IMG/VR virus record: IMGVR_UViG_2698536505_000015
Origin: a virus
Lineage: Duplodnaviria; Heunggongvirae; Uroviricota; Caudoviricetes
Direction: 5' to 3' (one strand)
Length of the DNA: 8,994 nt
In this document: piece by piece, positions 6,839 through 8,994 of the stretch
Numbering within the stretch: position 1 is the first letter of the stretch
How the letters are laid out: every line of letters starts with the position of its first letter
Translations under genes and position numbers: made by a program
The notes under the pieces: generated by a model
The model's database searches: none
What the model was told of the DNA's origin: nothing
The model's input: the letters and a program-made list of their open reading frames with translations, nothing else

Positions 6839-6867
6839 ATTGAAGCAGTTTATACGTAAGAAATCAA
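6839..6867 (-). promoter_or_regulatory. Candidate late promoter (pR'-like) directly downstream of the Q-position gene
   Basis: Minus-strand -35 TTGATT (6862-6867, overlapping the Q stop codon), 17-bp spacer, -10 TTCAAT (6839-6844); placement analogous to lambda pR' after Q; predicted short transcript ends at the 6757-6783 terminator. Confidence 0.3.
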
Positions 6868-7406
6868 GCCATTTTCTCAGCAAATGATTCACGCATGGGA
6901 ATATATAGGGCATACTCAGCAACAGCTAACCAATTAGCAATCCGTTTTTCGCATGTGCTAAAACACCACTCTGGGTGTGCATCATTTAGCAATTCAGCCA
7001 TTTTGCGCTTAGTCATCCCCCGCCCTTCATAGCGTTGCCGGAGAATGCAAATCAATCCTGGATGCTCTGCCAGCACCTCACTTATGACTCGATCAATACA
7101 TAACGCCTCTGCATCAGTACAATGCGCCAGCCAGCTCTTTTGCTTGCCGTTGATCATCTCTCGCAAAAACGCTTCCAGCTCAGCTTTCTCTATTCCCGCT
7201 TTTTTCATTCTGCGCAGGGCTTCATTAATGGCTGTTTTCGTCAGTTTTTTGGATGCCAACAACTGATTGAACATATTCCCTGACCTGCCACCGCCAATAT
7301 ACGACCAGCGCCCCCACATACGTAGTTTTCCCTGAATCCAGACACTTTCCAGCGTGGTGAGGCGAAGGTGTTCTCCGCTTTTTCCTGTATTCGTTGGGTA
7401 AATCAT
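6864..7406 (-). CDS. Putative late-gene antiterminator (Q-position protein)
   Basis: 180-aa ORF immediately upstream of the candidate late promoter/terminator and lysis genes; start overlaps the stop of the upstream gene (ATGA). Family assignment rests mainly on position. Confidence 0.5.
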   Translation of the reverse strand: MIYPTNTGKSGEHLRLTTLESVWIQGKLRMWGRWSYIGGGRSGNMFNQLLASKKLTKTAINEALRRMKKAGIEKAELEAFLREMINGKQKSWLAHCTDAEALCIDRVISEVLAEHPGLICILRQRYEGRGMTKRKMAELLNDAHPEWCFSTCEKRIANWLAVAEYALYIPMRESFAEKMA

Positions 7407-7693
7407 AAATGACCTTTCTTTCTCCAGATTTCTTGTGTGCGAAAAACCCCTTCAGCATGCATCAGGCGCAATTCTTCTTTGGTGTAATCGCTGGTTTTTA
7501 CCCGCCCGTCGATTAGATCGTGGCATGAGCTACAGGCTATCGCCGCCTGCATATCGTGTGGTTTTGTCGCTGTTCCGCACGTCCCCGCCAGCCTGTAATG
7601 CGCCAGCACAGAGGTTTCGGGATTGTGATTGCAGTAGCCAGGGATTCTGATCTGGCACATCTGGCCTTTAGCCGCTTTACGTAAATTCACCAT
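7403..7693 (-). CDS. ybcO: YbcO-like DUF1364 zinc-binding protein (putative nuclease of lambdoid nin regions)
   Basis: 96 aa; four-Cys pattern (CQIRIPGYC ... CSSCHD); N-terminal MVNLRKAAKGQMCQIRIPGYCNHNPETSVLAH matches E. coli DLP12 YbcO as recalled; start overlaps the upstream stop (TAATG). Confidence 0.7.
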   Translation of the reverse strand: MVNLRKAAKGQMCQIRIPGYCNHNPETSVLAHYRLAGTCGTATKPHDMQAAIACSSCHDLIDGRVKTSDYTKEELRLMHAEGVFRTQEIWRKKGHL

Positions 7694-8292
7694 TACGCAA
7701 ACTCCAGTAGTTGTGCGGCCACATTTTCAACTTCCTCCTGAGAGGAGAATTTACGGAACAGAATCCAGTTCCACAGCACATTCAGTACAGATTTATAAAC
7801 CTGCTGAAACTCGACTTCGTCCACATTCGCAAAAGCGATGGATTTTGCCCGACGCCCACGGCTACCGTCCGGATAAATATGCTCGGTGTAAAATCCGGCC
7901 TGAATGGTTACCCACTCGCGGAAAGCCTCAAACGACTTTAGCAACGCCGTATCCCGGGTTCTACGAGTCGCAACGGTGTTAAGGTATTGCTCTGCGGCAT
8001 CACTCAGGGCTGGCGTGTGTTCCCGACCAACTGATTCGCACAGGTAATCAACGAAACCAGACAGCAGTTCTCGTTCGCGAGGCGTGATCGCCCCACCGAC
8101 CGGAGTCCAGTAATCGAATCCCAGTTGCAGGAGTTTGAAAAAACGCTTGTGGAATGCGTAGTTACGCACACGCTTAAAGTCTGCGTGTATCCACTCACCT
8201 ATTTTGATTTGATGCAGAAAATCGCAACTCTCCGGCGTCGCCGGGAGAAGTAAACCAGAAGAAGTTTGTTTGACCAGTTGTATATGCGCCAT
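7693..8292 (-). CDS. DUF1367-like nin-region phage protein (YbcN-position)
   Basis: 199-aa ORF, first of three translationally coupled genes; family assignment from memory of lambdoid nin-region proteins, not verified. Confidence 0.5.
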   Translation of the reverse strand: MAHIQLVKQTSSGLLLPATPESCDFLHQIKIGEWIHADFKRVRNYAFHKRFFKLLQLGFDYWTPVGGAITPRERELLSGFVDYLCESVGREHTPALSDAAEQYLNTVATRRTRDTALLKSFEAFREWVTIQAGFYTEHIYPDGSRGRRAKSIAFANVDEVEFQQVYKSVLNVLWNWILFRKFSSQEEVENVAAQLLEFA

Positions 8293-8350
8293 TTCTCAAT
8301 CTCTCGATGGCGCAGTGCAGCAGATGCCAGTTGTTCAGGCTGACGTATAA

Positions 8351-8378
8351 AGTATAAATAAACTGGTTCCAGTGTAAA
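8351..8378 (-). promoter_or_regulatory. Candidate sigma70 promoter upstream of the DUF1367-DUF1364-Q gene trio
   Basis: Minus-strand -35 TTTACA (8373-8378), 16-bp spacer, -10 TATACT (8351-8356), about 55 nt upstream of the ATG at 8292. Confidence 0.3.
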
Positions 8379-8565
8379 GCCCCCACCTTAATGGAATAAA
8401 AACCAAACAACAGATTGCTGGGATACAAACAACGCTTATTATTAAAAGCGGTTAAACAAATTAAATTTTAATGTTATGCAAATTTGTCAGATCACCATAA
8501 TATCTCATTTGAAAACCGCTGAAATAACAATCCTATCAGGATTAATCATATTAAGGTGAGTAAAT

Positions 8566-8652
8566 ATGGAAAACAACAAATCTGCACATTACGCTCCTTT
8601 TTTATCTGTAATACTTTTTGTTTTTTGCTGTGTATGGGCATTATTTTTATAA
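8566..8652 (+). CDS. Small hydrophobic protein, 28 aa (MENNKSAHYAPFLSVILFVFCCVWALFL); candidate small membrane protein or type-I-toxin-like peptide
   Basis: ATG preceded by AAGGTGAG Shine-Dalgarno at 6-nt spacing; short polar N-terminus followed by a single predicted TM helix; the only plus-strand ORF with a strong RBS; below the length cutoff of the supplied ORF track. Confidence 0.35.
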   Translation: MENNKSAHYAPFLSVILFVFCCVWALFL

Positions 8653-8729
8653 AAATATTCACAGATAAAATAAACTCGCCGAATCAGGTTAAGTGTGGGT
8701 GCGTTGAGGATGCCTGACACATCAGAGGC

Positions 8730-8751
8730 GGCGAGGGATTTCTCCCTCGCC
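8730..8751 (-). other. GC-rich hairpin 10 nt after the hok stop codon (3' UTR stem-loop)
   Basis: Perfect 9-bp inverted repeat ggcgaggga (8730-8738) / tccctcgcc (8743-8751) with 4-nt loop; no U-tract follows on either strand, so it looks like an RNA stability or folding element rather than a canonical terminator. Confidence 0.4.
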
Positions 8752-8760
8752 TAGTCACTC

Positions 8761-8916
8761 TTACTCCTCAGGTTCGTAAGCTGTGAAGACAGCGACCTCC
8801 GTCTGACCGGTTCGGATTCGCACCTCGCAGAGGTCTTTCCTCGTTACCAGTGCCGTCACTATGACGGTTAAACAGATGACAATCAGTGCGACTAACATCG
8901 CCTTTTGCTGCTTCAT
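8761..8916 (-). CDS. hok: Hok/Gef-family type I toxin (HokD/RelF-like)
   Basis: Hand translation gives MKQQKAMLVALIVICLTVIVTALVTRKDLCEVRIRTGQTEVAVFTAYEPEE (51 aa), the Hok/Gef pattern with TM helix and conserved C..C; AGGAGAA SD upstream; below the ORF-track cutoff. Confidence 0.85.
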   Translation of the reverse strand: MKQQKAMLVALIVICLTVIVTALVTRKDLCEVRIRTGQTEVAVFTAYEPEE

Positions 8917-8931
8917 AGCCTGCTTCTCCTG

Positions 8932-8994
8932 TCAACGCAAAGCAGAAGTGTCACCTTCGGTGCGAAACAGAGATGTCATGCTTTGGTTCAGAGA
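8932..8994 (-). CDS. 3' end of an ORF entering from beyond the window end, in frame with hok; stops 15 nt before the hok start codon
   Basis: Frame open from the window edge to TGA at 8934..8932 (...SLNQSMTSLFRTEGDTSALR*); could be the last codons of an upstream operon gene or a leader ORF. Too short to classify. Confidence 0.25.
   Translation of the reverse strand, partial: SLNQSMTSLFRTEGDTSALR

Larger units (their letters stand above)
1..8994 (-). mobile_element. Lambdoid prophage segment (nin region, late regulatory region, lysis cassette, post-lysis accessory genes); Rac/Qin/phage-21-like
   Basis: Collinear minus-strand order of a Q-position gene, late promoter/terminator region, S-R-Rz/Rz1 lysis cassette, then trkG and a ParB-like gene as in E. 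coli Rac; hok downstream-of-nin arrangement as in Qin. No prophage ends are visible in the window. Confidence 0.85.

Noticed and set aside
5820-6863. tRNA genes (common between Q and S in lambdoid phages)
   Set aside because: Scanned both strands by eye for T-loop (GTTCGAATC / GTTCAAATC) and acceptor-stem patterns and found none; needs tRNAscan-SE to confirm.
7045-8428. Seven short ORFs overlapping the DUF1367/YbcO/Q genes (7045-7266 +, 7225-7458 -, 7435-7650 +, 7711-7941 +, 7713-7982 +, 8004-8198 -, 8195-8428 -)
   Set aside because: All are alternative-frame or antisense shadows of the three well-supported minus-strand genes; none has an RBS.
1-8994. CRISPR arrays, IS elements, integrase or attachment sites
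   Set aside because: No regularly spaced direct repeats, no transposase- or integrase-like ORFs, and no terminal inverted repeats; the window appears internal to the prophage.

Overview
This window reads as the right-arm (nin-to-lysis) region of a lambdoid prophage from an Enterobacteriaceae host (E. coli-like), resembling the Rac/Qin/phage-21 group. Every convincing protein gene is on the minus strand, so the phage map runs from high to low coordinates. In that order: a Hok-family type I toxin gene (8761-8916), a translationally coupled trio of DUF1367-like, YbcO/DUF1364-like and a Q-position putative late antiterminator (6864-8292), then about 1 kb of AT-rich non-coding DNA with a candidate late promoter, a bidirectional intrinsic terminator and a second terminator. 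Next is a self-contained moron encoding two paralogous lipoproteins whose mature parts resemble TolA C-terminal domain III (4845-5819), followed by a phage-21-type lysis cassette (S pinholin, SAR endolysin R, Rz with embedded Rz1; 3420-4593). After that come an AT-rich trkG-like potassium transporter moron (1825-3282) and an overlapping pair of a ParB-like nuclease-domain protein with a 275-aa unknown protein (97-1687). No tRNA, rRNA, CRISPR array, integrase or transposase was found. The items I would look at first are the TolA-III-like lipoprotein pair, the ParB-like/275-aa pair, a 28-codon hydrophobic ORF convergent with hok, and the convergent promoter/terminator architecture around 6680-6870. 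All family assignments come from reading the translations and from memory; no database search was run.
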